From positions 2,100,001-2,132,000 of the forward strand of contig NC_003364.1 of NCBI RefSeq assembly GCF_000007225.1: a stretch of DNA of 32,000 nucleotides. Direction: 5' to 3'. Under the pieces are notes generated by a model. It had not been told where the DNA came from. It ran no database searches and was given only the letters and a program-made list of their open reading frames with translations. Positions 1 through 8,234 of this stretch are shown here, piece by piece. Made by a program: the position numbers and the translations under genes. This DNA comes from Pyrobaculum aerophilum str. IM2. Its GTDB lineage: Archaea; Thermoproteota; Thermoprotei; Thermoproteales; Thermoproteaceae. How positions within the stretch are numbered: the first letter of the stretch is position 1; each line of letters opens with the position of its first letter.

Positions 1-7
1 AAACGTC

Positions 8-298
8 TTGTCTTCCCTGAGAGGCCTCAAGGGGTATGTTGTTTATACAGGCCACGGCGGGAGAGAGCCCGTGGAGGAGTTCGTGGAGAGAATCAGCGCC
101 AGTTTTAAAAAGCTCACTGAAAAATACGTGGAGTGTCTTGGCGAGAAAGTGCCCTACAGAATAGCTCTTTGCGCCAGGGGAGGCGGGGACGTCTTAAGGC
201 TGTCAGAAGAGGGAATTGCTTTTGTAAAATACCTGGCAGAAAACGGCTACGCTAAGATTGTCAACACGTTTCCTTACACAGTCAAGCCCACGTATTGA
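8..298 (+). CDS. hypothetical protein, possibly 5'-truncated by window edge
   Basis: 96-aa ORF with TTG start; frame stays open back to nt 2; no recognisable motif; 3' end overlaps convergent ORF 274-639 by 25 nt. Confidence 0.35.
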   Translation: MSSLRGLKGYVVYTGHGGREPVEEFVERISASFKKLTEKYVECLGEKVPYRIALCARGGGDVLRLSEEGIAFVKYLAENGYAKIVNTFPYTVKPTY

Positions 299-639
299 AG
301 GACTTCGTCTAGCTGACAACGGAAGAGGTGGCTGGGGCTGTCGGGATCGTCCGTGGAGCCGAAGCCGGGGATGTAGTCGCACCTGCTGGCCAGGGCCTTC
401 GCCACCTCCCTCTCACACAGCGGAAGCACTACGGCATATAGAGCCGCGCAGTTTAAGAAGTCGACGTGCCACCTCTTTTTAACAGGCCGGTTTAAATGCC
501 GAGTAACTCTCTTGAGGCAGGACTTTCCACAAGAGCCCACATATGCGTATACGCCGCTTTTTATTACAAATTTTGCCGCCACGTGAGGATCGCAGAGGAA
601 AAAGACCACATAGCTTTTAAAACACTTTGTATGCGACAT
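274..639 (-). CDS. DUF123-like small protein (GIY-YIG superfamily)
   Basis: GVYAYVGSCGKSCLKRVTRHLNRPVKKRWHVDFL matches my recollection of the DUF123 signature (G-Y-Y-VGS...R-RH...K-WHiDyL). Confidence 0.55.
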   Translation of the reverse strand: MSHTKCFKSYVVFFLCDPHVAAKFVIKSGVYAYVGSCGKSCLKRVTRHLNRPVKKRWHVDFLNCAALYAVVLPLCEREVAKALASRCDYIPGFGSTDDPDSPSHLFRCQLDEVLQYVGLTV

Positions 640-669
640 GTGCGATGAGGAGCCGATGGCTGGCGCAAC

Positions 670-1419
670 TCATGGCGTTAAAGCTTGGCGGGTTCTGAGC
701 CTCCTCTTTACCTCCTCCACGAGGCGCGGGAGCACCTCCCCCGCCCTCCCCTGAATGAATACATCTGCTATTGGCGTTATGGCGGAGGGCTCGACGTTTA
801 TTTCCACAACCCTCGCCCCGGCCTCTTTAGCTATCCGCGGGATATACGCCGCGGGGTATACCACGCCTGAGGTGCCGACGACTAGCAAGACGTCTGAAAC
901 TGAAGCCAGCTCCACGGCGGCTCTCCAAGCCTCTTGAGGCAACGGCTCTCCAAACCAAACGACATCCGGCCTCAACAGCCCACCGCATTTTCTGCACAAG
1001 GGGGGCACCTCCTCCACTGGCTTGTCCAATATATACACAGAACCGCATTTTACACACCGCGCACGCCAAATAGAGCCGTGTAACTCAACCACCAGCCTGC
1101 TCCCAGCCCTTTGGTGCAAGCCGTCAACGTTCTGAGTTATGACGCCCCTCACCACGCCCATGGCTTCAAGCTCGGCGATGGCATAATGGCCAGGGCTAGG
1201 CCTTGCGTTGTAAATAACCTCCTGGCGCCATTTATACCACCGCCACACTAGCGCCGGATCTCTCGCAAAAGCCTCCGGCGTGGCCAGCTCCTCGGGCTTA
1301 TACCTCTCCCACAAGCCCCCCGGCCCTCTGAACGTAGGAACGCCGCTTTCGGCGGAGATACCCGCGCCGGTGAAAACTACACAATGACGAGAAGAGGCCA
1401 ATAAGTCTGCAACGTTCAT
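670..1419 (-). CDS. cobB: NAD-dependent protein deacylase, Sir2/CobB family
   Basis: [18 protein letters not shown]-binding motif, QNVDGLH, catalytic ELHGS, Zn ribbon CVKCG...CRKCG; 249 aa is a typical length. Confidence 0.9.
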   Translation of the reverse strand: MNVADLLASSRHCVVFTGAGISAESGVPTFRGPGGLWERYKPEELATPEAFARDPALVWRWYKWRQEVIYNARPSPGHYAIAELEAMGVVRGVITQNVDGLHQRAGSRLVVELHGSIWRARCVKCGSVYILDKPVEEVPPLCRKCGGLLRPDVVWFGEPLPQEAWRAAVELASVSDVLLVVGTSGVVYPAAYIPRIAKEAGARVVEINVEPSAITPIADVFIQGRAGEVLPRLVEEVKRRLRTRQALTP

Positions 1420-1469
1420 AAATACACCTCACATATTTGTTTATAAGTAATGAGCCAGGCGATTAGGAT
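1402..1469. repeat. direct repeat DR1, left copy (68 bp)
   Basis: Hand alignment with 4043-4107 gives ~61 identical positions and one 3-nt indel; covers Sir2 codons 1-6, its TATA box and adjacent sequence. Confidence 0.85.
1440..1446 (-). promoter_or_regulatory. TATA-like box (TTATAAA on minus strand) for Sir2
   Basis: Centre about 24 nt upstream of the ATG at 1419, consistent with a leaderless archaeal transcript. Confidence 0.45.
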
Positions 1470-1628
1470 ACGCTACGTCCTCCCCCCTAATAGTTCCTAT
1501 CCACGTCGACGAATACAATGGGCCAGATATACGACTCGTCCATCCTCCAGCCTGTTAGTGCCCCGCCCCTTTTGAGACTGCGTTTTGGTATAACTCCTCC
1601 GCTTGCTAGGCATTATAAGAGGGCCAAG

Positions 1629-1865
1629 TTATGCCGTTTTGTCATTGTCATGTATTTTTCTCTTTACTAAACAGAATCGTGTTCTAATTGAACAAAAATG
1701 ATTGGGTTTAATAACAAAGGTTTGAACCGGGGTGAAAACGTCTTGTCTATTAGAAACGTCAAAGCCTAGTTCCATACGGCGGTAGTTTAACAAAACGGCC
1801 CGCTGTTTAGTTAATTTAACCAAACCGCGGGCAGTGTGGTTGCGTAATATTTCCGCTTTTTCCAT
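1629..1865 (-). CDS. hypothetical protein
   Basis: 78-aa ATG ORF inside the islet; no motif recognised. Confidence 0.3.
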   Translation of the reverse strand: MEKAEILRNHTARGLVKLTKQRAVLLNYRRMELGFDVSNRQDVFTPVQTFVIKPNHFCSIRTRFCLVKRKIHDNDKTA

Positions 1866-2030
1866 TTCTTTCTCCGCTTATTTTCCGGTTATCTTTTGCC
1901 CGCAGTGTGCGCAAGCTTATAAACCTCACCAAGGGGGATCTATACGCCTTTACGGGATTTGAAAGTATCTTACGGGGCGTGTGAATGCTGTGTTTGTCTT
2001 GTCCATACCTAAGTATAAGTTTGCAACATC

Positions 2031-2046
2031 TCTACTTTAAGTAGAT
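2031..2046 (+). promoter_or_regulatory. palindromic operator-like 16-mer TCTACTTTAAGTAGAT followed by an A/T-rich box
   Basis: Identical 16-mer recurs at 2846-2861; ends 33 nt before the ORF start at 2079; nested in a larger inverted repeat TCTCTACTT(2028-2036)/AAGTAGAGA(2058-2066). Confidence 0.5.
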
Positions 2047-2078
2047 TAAGTTTTTAAGTAGAGAAGAAAGGCGTTGTC

Positions 2079-2543
2079 ATGTTGGCGATTCACTTATTAC
2101 TAGTGCTGGCAGTTGTTACGCATATGGGGTTGCCCAGTGCTACTGTAAACACTTGTAGCTTTAACGACGTTGTCTACGTGATATCAGGACAATATACCTG
2201 GAAGAACTATTACATGCCCTATGCTATTGATGCGTGGATAGGGGATGCGGTTACTAACGTGCCCGAGGTTTATTATACGTATTACTGGGACAACAATTCC
2301 AAAGTCCTCAATGTGATCTTCTTTGATGCCGGACCTGAAAGCGGCTATGTCACTTATAAAGTATACTTTACGACACAGGGCGCCTGTCCCACAGAACCTC
2401 CAAAAGGAAAGGAGATAGTGTTAAAGGCGTATCGGGCTAGAGTTGTCGAGAATGTTGAGCCGGTGAGCACTAAGCCGCAGTCTATTACATCCACTGAGAG
2501 GATTTTGCCAGCGTATAAAGCTCAGATTAAGGTTACAAATTAG
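2079..2543 (+). CDS. secreted hypothetical protein
   Basis: 154 aa; N-terminal hydrophobic signal-like segment MLAIHLLLVLAVVTHMG; Tyr/Thr-rich body; no known motif. Confidence 0.55.
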   Translation: MLAIHLLLVLAVVTHMGLPSATVNTCSFNDVVYVISGQYTWKNYYMPYAIDAWIGDAVTNVPEVYYTYYWDNNSKVLNVIFFDAGPESGYVTYKVYFTTQGACPTEPPKGKEIVLKAYRARVVENVEPVSTKPQSITSTERILPAYKAQIKVTN

Positions 2544-2548
2544 CCCGG

Positions 2549-2564
2549 TTTTTTAGTATTTTTT
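2549..2564 (+). terminator. oligo-T terminator candidate
   Basis: Two T6 runs (2549-2554, 2559-2564) start 6 nt after the stop at 2541-2543. Confidence 0.4.
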
Positions 2565-2844
2565 ATCCTATAAGGGATTTCATAGATTCTAACTAAGATG
2601 GGGGAATTTACTTTATTCTCAGTAACTGTGGGCGAATTGAAGCGTGGAATGGCGGGAGTTGTCAATGAGTGGATACAAAGGGGATGCGGGTTATGTGCAC
2701 GCAGCCCGTTGCCAGCATAATGGCCGCATCTTCACGCCCCTGAGGTCTCTTCAATTAATGCGACATACTGCCGCTTTAGGAAGATATTGTGTAGCGCCTT
2801 CTAAGTGTATGGCACCGCAACGCCGATTTCAGTAGCCAAATCCC

Positions 2845-2861
2845 ATCTACTTTAAGTAGAT
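2845..2861 (+). promoter_or_regulatory. palindromic operator-like 17-mer ATCTACTT-T-AAGTAGAT followed by a TTTTTTAT box
   Basis: Perfect 8-bp arms; ends 32 nt before the GTG start at 2893, the same spacing as the site at 2031-2046. Confidence 0.5.
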
Positions 2862-2892
2862 CAATTTTTTATCCAAGCGATATTATTACGTC

Positions 2893-3480
2893 GTGAAGTT
2901 ATTTATCATCGTTATAGTTAGCGTTATTGTTATTGTTTTTATCGCATACTCGCTTATAGACAGATACTACGGCGTATGTATCTCGCACGGATCCGGCTAT
3001 GACTGTGTTGTTTACAGAGGATTTAGCGAAGTGGGCAGAGTGGCTCTATTTCAAAACGGCACGGTGGACTTTAAGTGGGGCACGGTATCGGTACGCGGCC
3101 CCTTGAGGTGTGTAGGTAACTGCACGCCTGGTAGCCTGACCGCCATTGGGATACGCGGTATCTACGTGGTTGAGGGCGGGGGGACAACCAGCGTCGTCTT
3201 CTACCACTTAAATGCCTACCTTGGTTACATATTGGCAGTGCCCGTTGCACTATACATATACGCCTTAGCCCTAATTGCAAGCGGCGCTCTTGAGAAGATG
3301 TACCGCGGGCTTAAAATTGTCGTCGTAGCTGGGACAGTTGCAACAGCCCTCTCCATATTCACTACGCCGCTAGAGCCAATCTCAGCGGCGGCGCTGTCAA
3401 TATGTGGTCTGTCTACCACGGCTCTGGGGGTATATGCCGTTAGGCGGGTGAGGCAATGGGTAATGTCGATGTTGACGTAG
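2893..3480 (+). CDS. membrane protein, hypothetical
   Basis: 195 aa, GTG start; N-terminal TM (LFIIVIVSVIVIVFIAY), Cys-containing central domain, about 3 C-terminal hydrophobic segments. Confidence 0.55.
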   Translation: MKLFIIVIVSVIVIVFIAYSLIDRYYGVCISHGSGYDCVVYRGFSEVGRVALFQNGTVDFKWGTVSVRGPLRCVGNCTPGSLTAIGIRGIYVVEGGGTTSVVFYHLNAYLGYILAVPVALYIYALALIASGALEKMYRGLKIVVVAGTVATALSIFTTPLEPISAAALSICGLSTTALGVYAVRRVRQWVMSMLT

Positions 3481-3695
3481 TTATCAGATTGCTCTCCCTC
3501 CTCCTACAGAGGCCTATGAGGAAGACTGAATTATGGAGGCTCAGTAAGCTTAACTATTACAGTTTCGAGAGGTACCTCCTAATATTAATAGAGAGGGGAC
3601 TAGTGGCTGAGAGAGACGGGCTTTATCACTTGACTGAGAAGGGGACTAGAGAGACTTTGGCAATTTTAGAATGGTTGCGCAGAGTCCTCTACTAA
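3456..3695 (+). CDS. small winged-helix (wHTH) DNA-binding protein
   Basis: 79 aa; pattern LLSLLLQRPMRKTELWRLSKLNYYSFERYLLILIERGLVAERDGLYHLTEKG is typical of MarR/PadR-like wHTH; overlaps the upstream ORF by 25 nt. Confidence 0.55.
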   Translation: MGNVDVDVVIRLLSLLLQRPMRKTELWRLSKLNYYSFERYLLILIERGLVAERDGLYHLTEKGTRETLAILEWLRRVLY

Positions 3696-4042
3696 TGGCT
3701 TACACTTGCTGAGATCTATAAAGTGTATTTAAACGTCGGACGGTTGAGTTAGCCTTAACACAGAGATAAGTAGCGACGCAGAAAAGGTGGCTGAGACGCC
3801 CGTAGTGGCTGTAACAGGCGGAGTGTTTATCGCCACGCTAGACGCCGTGATAACCATCGTCATCCCGCCGTTGGGTTGTATCCCGCATTACATAGGAGTA
3901 ATGAGCCACCCGCCAAGTCTTAACTTCTATAAACTCCTCTCTCCGCGTGAAGAGGCCCTTTCAGGCGCCCGTCGAGGTATCTGTTAACCCTCCTACTCTC
4001 CAGGTTTACGATGAATGAGTCCTCTTGTCATCGGCGTTTTAT

Positions 4043-4107
4043 TAAGTCTGCAACGTTCATAAATATACCTCATGTTGTTTATAAGTGATGAGCCAGGCGA
4101 TTAGGAT
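4043..4107. repeat. direct repeat DR1, right copy (65 bp)
   Basis: Aligns with 1402-1469; retains a decoy TATA plus ATG (4060) followed by only 10 codons (MNVADLIKRR*). Confidence 0.85.
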
Positions 4108-4133
4108 GCATGACGCACCACGACCTCCTCTGA
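4085..4133 (+). ncRNA. candidate C/D box sRNA
   Basis: GTGATGA (C box, 4085-4091), 11-12 nt spacer, AGGA (weak D'), ATGACGC (weak C', 4110-4116), 13-nt spacer, CTGA (D box, 4130-4133); ~49 nt total; internal boxes are degenerate. Confidence 0.3.
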
Positions 4134-4210
4134 CTTTATGCAAAGGAGAAGTGGTAGCGGCACGCACTCTTGGTGAGTAACTTTTTAATAACTATAGCGG
4201 GGTTTGCGTC

Positions 4211-5875
4211 ATGAGAAAGGTGGCAGTGTTAACCTTAATACTGGCGTTTATCCTACTGGCCGCCGGGTGGCAGACTTATACTATAAAAGTTGCCTCTGTT
4301 GAAATAAACGCACTTGCCGTGGGGCCGTCAGGAGGGTCCGTCTTGCCGATAAAAGTGACTTTGCTCACGCCCGGCGACGGCCGCGCCTATGTGGCAGGCG
4401 TACCAGAGGCGGGACAGGGGTTTGGCCCCTCGGCGCAAATCGCCCTTTATGTGGCATCGCGCCTCTCGGGAGTCCCCTACACGAATTACACAGCACTGCT
4501 TAGAGTGCTCGCCAGCGATGCCCAAGTCGGCGGGCCTTCTGCCAGCGGCTATATAACAGTGGCGCTGTACGCCTTAATGAACGGCCTTCAGCTACGGAAT
4601 GATACAGCCATGACGGGGATTATACTCCCCGACGGCCTCATAGGGCCTGTGGGCGGGGTGTCTCAAAAAGTCAGCGCCGCCGCTGCGCAGGGAATTAAAA
4701 CGGCGCTTGTGCCAATAGGCGAGGCCCCAAGCGGCATTAGGGGGATAAGGGTCATTGAAATAGGCACTGTGGAGGACGCTATTTATTACCTCACGGGCCG
4801 GAGGATTGAAACCCCGCCTCCCACTGCCGTTGACGACTCTACCTTTAAGACAATTTCGAGGGACTTACTCAACGCGATATACAGCTATTACAACCAGACA
4901 GTGGGAAGGGGGTATGTAGACACAGCGACAATAGAGCGGCTGAAATCGCAGGGCTATTATTACGCCGCAGCCTCTCTAATCTACCAAGGCCTCGTCAATT
5001 ATTACAGAGAACAAGCGTCGTTTTCTAGGAGGGTTTACCGCAATTTATACGACCAGGCGTTACAAATGGCGAAAAACGCCGAGGCTGATTTAGCCCAAAT
5101 CCCAATAACTATAAACAACATTGACCTCGTGGTGGCCAGTTATACGAGGATATACGAAGTTTATTTAGAAGCCAACTCCACTAATCCAGACGCGGGAATG
5201 ATGTACGCCAGGGCAATTACGTTGAAATCTTGGATAGACGAGGCGCGGAAAATGGCCTATGGGCCCGTTGTAAATGAGACGGGCCTCGCCGAAGTGGCGA
5301 AGATGTACCTCGACTACGCAAAGACCATGTATGCGTATCTCGAGACGACTTACGGCGTCACTCTTGGCGACTACGCCACAGCCGTGCAATTAGCGGAGAG
5401 CCTTTACCAACGCGGCTTGTACCTAGCGTCCATGGCTAACTCCATTGAGATAATCGCCGAATCTGCCTCCGCGCTCATGTCCTCGGCGCCTGATAAATAC
5501 CTACAAGTGGCCAGGGAAAGGGCTTTGATAAATATGGCCAGAGCTGCCGCGTGCGGCTACACCAACACTCTGCCGCTGAGCTACTTACAATTCGGCGACT
5601 ACTTCAGCGCTCAGGGCAACGCGGCGCAAAACGCTCTTGCCTACTATATTATGGCCTCTATATATTCCACGGCCATGGGCGACGTGGTGTGTAACGCCAA
5701 GGGAGGGAGAATAATCCCAAGGGCGAATTTCTCAGCGGAAACTCAAGCCCCAACCTCCGCCCCCGTCACGACGCCCATGGAGTCTGTTGCAGAACAGGGG
5801 GAAAAAAGCTTGTGGATTCCCCTGGTTTTAGTCTTGTTGGCCGCGGCGGCTTTGATATACGCCTCTAGACGGTAA
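4211..5875 (+). CDS. membrane-anchored S16 (Lon C-terminal proteolytic domain) family peptidase
   Basis: VGGPSASGY...AMTGIILPDGLIGPVGGVSQKVSAAAAQG resembles the Lon Ser-Lys dyad region (GPSAG...AMTGE...GG..eK); N-terminal signal/TM and C-terminal TM (LWIPLVLVLLAAAALIY). Confidence 0.75.
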   Translation: MRKVAVLTLILAFILLAAGWQTYTIKVASVEINALAVGPSGGSVLPIKVTLLTPGDGRAYVAGVPEAGQGFGPSAQIALYVASRLSGVPYTNYTALLRVLASDAQVGGPSASGYITVALYALMNGLQLRNDTAMTGIILPDGLIGPVGGVSQKVSAAAAQGIKTALVPIGEAPSGIRGIRVIEIGTVEDAIYYLTGRRIETPPPTAVDDSTFKTISRDLLNAIYSYYNQTVGRGYVDTATIERLKSQGYYYAAASLIYQGLVNYYREQASFSRRVYRNLYDQALQMAKNAEADLAQIPITINNIDLVVASYTRIYEVYLEANSTNPDAGMMYARAITLKSWIDEARKMAYGPVVNETGLAEVAKMYLDYAKTMYAYLETTYGVTLGDYATAVQLAESLYQRGLYLASMANSIEIIAESASALMSSAPDKYLQVARERALINMARAAACGYTNTLPLSYLQFGDYFSAQGNAAQNALAYYIMASIYSTAMGDVVCNAKGGRIIPRANFSAETQAPTSAPVTTPMESVAEQGEKSLWIPLVLVLLAAAALIYASRR

Positions 5876-6161
5876 CAACGTCTCTATTAAACGCCGGTTT
5901 TTTTCTCCGCCTCTTCCTCCCGCCCTTTGGCAAGAGCGCCGCGGTGAAAAAAGCAACTGGGATTAGATACTCCCAGTAGGGGGCGTACATATATATCGCC
6001 GCAATAATTCTCTCCACTACATCGCCGTTAACTAATAGGGCTGGTACCGAGAGTAGTATCAGGCCGGCAATTGCTAAGCCTGTGAGAACTCTATCCCTCA
6101 CCCTCCTTAGCGCCAGCGCCGTGATTACTGCTATCACTGTTAAGGCGATTAGCCCAAACAT
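5865..6161 (-). CDS. small membrane protein
   Basis: 98 aa, about 3 hydrophobic segments, basic tail GGRKRRRKKP. Confidence 0.45.
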   Translation of the reverse strand: MFGLIALTVIAVITALALRRVRDRVLTGLAIAGLILLSVPALLVNGDVVERIIAAIYMYAPYWEYLIPVAFFTAALLPKGGRKRRRKKPAFNRDVVTV

Positions 6162-6233
6162 ATGGGGGGCCTACCACGGCAGTTTTATTTCTATTTGTTA
6201 TTATAGGTCCTGGCTTTAAATAAGGCCCCGCGG

Positions 6234-6815
6234 TTGAAACGGGAGGAATCGGCACTGCACAGCTCCGGTGTATTGTTTAAATACTGTCAGAATTGTACAG
6301 CCGTGTGGTTCCTCCCGTTGACTAGAAACGAGGCTGTAGAGGCCATTAAAAAGGCGTATTCTATAGCGCAAGAATACGCGAGGAAAATTGGAGGAAGGCT
6401 GGAGGTAATACAGCCAAAGCATATATACGGCGACTCGGCTGATAAATTCGGCTACTCGTTGCAAATCGGGAGGATAACAGTAAACCTCCCTCCAGCCGCC
6501 GTGTTGATTGTCTGGGGCTTTTACAACGCCGATGAATATCTGGATTTCGTTAGATTTATTCAAGACGGACGCGTCTTCGAGTGGTTTGTAGAGCCCATTG
6601 CCTACTACCCCGAGAGAGTCGGCGTATGGGCAGAGGAGCCGTTAGTATTCAGAAATGTTATTTACATCGACGTCCACACCACCTCTACGGAGCAACGGGA
6701 TAGAGTTTACGGGTGGCCGCTGGGCTATTTCATATCACCTCTCCAGCCGCCCCAAGAGGTGAGGCCTCCCAAGAGGCGTAGAGTGGAGAGGAGGCAGAAG
6801 GGCGGGCAGTCTTGA
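6234..6815 (+). CDS. hypothetical protein coupled to the serine recombinase
   Basis: 193 aa, TTG start; its stop overlaps the recombinase start (TTGA, 6812-6815); basic C-terminal tail PPKRRRVERRQKGG; preferred over antisense ORF 6216-6563 because of this coupling. Confidence 0.45.
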   Translation: MKREESALHSSGVLFKYCQNCTAVWFLPLTRNEAVEAIKKAYSIAQEYARKIGGRLEVIQPKHIYGDSADKFGYSLQIGRITVNLPPAAVLIVWGFYNADEYLDFVRFIQDGRVFEWFVEPIAYYPERVGVWAEEPLVFRNVIYIDVHTTSTEQRDRVYGWPLGYFISPLQPPQEVRPPKRRRVERRQKGGQS

Positions 6816-7567
6816 TAACTGCAGTAACGTACATAAGAGTCTCCACGGAGGAGCAGGACCCGGAAAATCAACGGGTGTTTTTAGAGAGGTGGGCCGGGGA
6901 GAGGGGGATTTACATTGTTAAGCACTATGTCGACGTGGGGGTGTCCGGAGCGACGGAGCCTTGGGAGAGGCCGGCCTTTAGACAAATGGCCTCTGAGGTG
7001 GACAAGCTGGAGCCGAGGCCGCGGGTGTTGCTCGTGTACGAAATTTCGAGGCTAGTGCGCTCTTTCCAAGAGCTCTTTACTCTGCTAGACGTGGTGGAGA
7101 ACAGACTGGGTCTCGTGGTAGTCTCAGCCTCGGAGAGGGAGCAGGCCCTGCAGAACCTCGACGGAGTTTATAGACAGTTCTTACGGGCAGTTTTGGCCTT
7201 TGTGGCGACTATGGAGAGAGAGTTTATAAGACAGAGGACTAAGACGGCGCTTGAGAGGGCGCGCCTCCAGGGGAAGGTGTGGAACGTCGCCGAGAAGCGG
7301 CGGGATTTGACGCAGGCCGTAGTGGAGATGTACCTATCGGGGGCCTCGCTGAGGGAGACCGCCAGGGCCTTCGGCCTCTCACTGTATGAAGTAAGGCGAA
7401 TTCTGTCAAACGCGGGGGTGTACAGGCCAAGCCCCTACACGTGCCCCCGTTGCTTCTCAAAAATGAAAGTAGCTGAGAGGACGGCTAAAATCTCCAACGG
7501 GAAGTACACAGTGGTGGAGAGGCTCTATTGTTATAATTGCGGCTACGAGGAGATCAGGGAGGGATAA
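6812..7567 (+). CDS. serine recombinase (resolvase/invertase family) with C-terminal HTH and Zn ribbon
   Basis: N-terminal AVTYIRVSTEEQDPENQ (catalytic Ser motif), YEISRLVRS, HTH SLRETARAFGLSLYEVRRIL, CPRC...CYNCG. Confidence 0.8.
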   Translation: MITAVTYIRVSTEEQDPENQRVFLERWAGERGIYIVKHYVDVGVSGATEPWERPAFRQMASEVDKLEPRPRVLLVYEISRLVRSFQELFTLLDVVENRLGLVVVSASEREQALQNLDGVYRQFLRAVLAFVATMEREFIRQRTKTALERARLQGKVWNVAEKRRDLTQAVVEMYLSGASLRETARAFGLSLYEVRRILSNAGVYRPSPYTCPRCFSKMKVAERTAKISNGKYTVVERLYCYNCGYEEIREG

Positions 7568-7641
7568 TCAGTTCTTAAAGGACTCTTCACGCCTCTGCGA
7601 GGTGAAGCGTCTTCATCTACTGTTATACCCGGGCTGGTTTA

Positions 7642-8187
7642 TTAACATATCTTTTCTATGTACTTTGAAATGTCGTGTCCCCTTTTCTTAAACTCTCTGA
7701 GATCTTCGTAGCGGCTCCACGGGTAAGAGATCCACACCCACTCCTCTATTCTCTCGGCGTAATAGTCGGGGGTGAGCTGGCTTGTTGTTTTTAAGTGTAG
7801 CACAGCTGTCTTTATTTGGGCCGCGCCTATTAAGTCGAGGAGGTTTTTGGCCAACATTAGCGTGTGTCCCGTGTCCGCCACCTCGTCCACCACAAGTACT
7901 TTCCTATCTCGAATAACCCCTGGCTCTATGCTGTGGTACAACAGGGGCCTCTCAGCCCGCCTCTGTGCCAAGCCCCAGTACTTGACGCCCATGGAGATTA
8001 CGTCGTCAACGCCAAGAACATCGCTTATAATTCTAGCGGGCACTAACCCGCCGCGGGAGATGGCCACAATGACCTCAGGCTTATACCCGTCGCCCTCTAT
8101 CCTCCTAGCCAAAGCCTCGCTTAGAGCTATCCCCTCGGCCCAGGAGATAAACCTGACTTTAACCCCGCCAACTTCAACTATAGCCAT
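7642..8187 (-). CDS. purine (hypoxanthine/guanine-type) phosphoribosyltransferase
   Basis: PRPP-binding motif KVLVVDEVADTGHTL; 181 aa. Confidence 0.8.
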   Translation of the reverse strand: MAIVEVGGVKVRFISWAEGIALSEALARRIEGDGYKPEVIVAISRGGLVPARIISDVLGVDDVISMGVKYWGLAQRRAERPLLYHSIEPGVIRDRKVLVVDEVADTGHTLMLAKNLLDLIGAAQIKTAVLHLKTTSQLTPDYYAERIEEWVWISYPWSRYEDLREFKKRGHDISKYIEKIC

Positions 8188-8234
8188 GTGAATTCATATT
8201 CAGGGAGTTAAAATATACAATTGCGTAGAAATTG

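Larger units (their letters stand above)
1470..4042. mobile_element. putative integrated islet between DR1 copies (no recombinase inside)
   Basis: Bounded by DR1; carries 4 small ORFs (secreted, membrane, wHTH, unknown) unrelated to the flanking housekeeping genes. Confidence 0.4.

Noticed and set aside
644-697. C/D-box-like GCGATGA ... CTGA at the 3' end of Sir2
   Set aside because: The C box is imperfect, there are no plausible D'/C' boxes and the spacing is wrong.
670-1419. Sir2 as part of a Sir2-HerA type defence pair with the HerA-like ATPases
   Set aside because: It is a canonical short sirtuin with a Zn ribbon and an intact deacylase motif set. It lies >13 kb from either ATPase, and housekeeping genes lie between them.
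3787-3987. 66-aa ORF near the right end of the islet
   Set aside because: GTG start, no motif and no promoter-like box. I could not support it on either strand.
1384-4032. ATGACGAGAAGAGG (1384-1397) versus CCTCTTGTCAT (4022-4032) as inverted repeats just outside DR1
   Set aside because: The match is short and imperfect (about 11/14), and the offsets from the repeat ends differ. It is compatible with chance.
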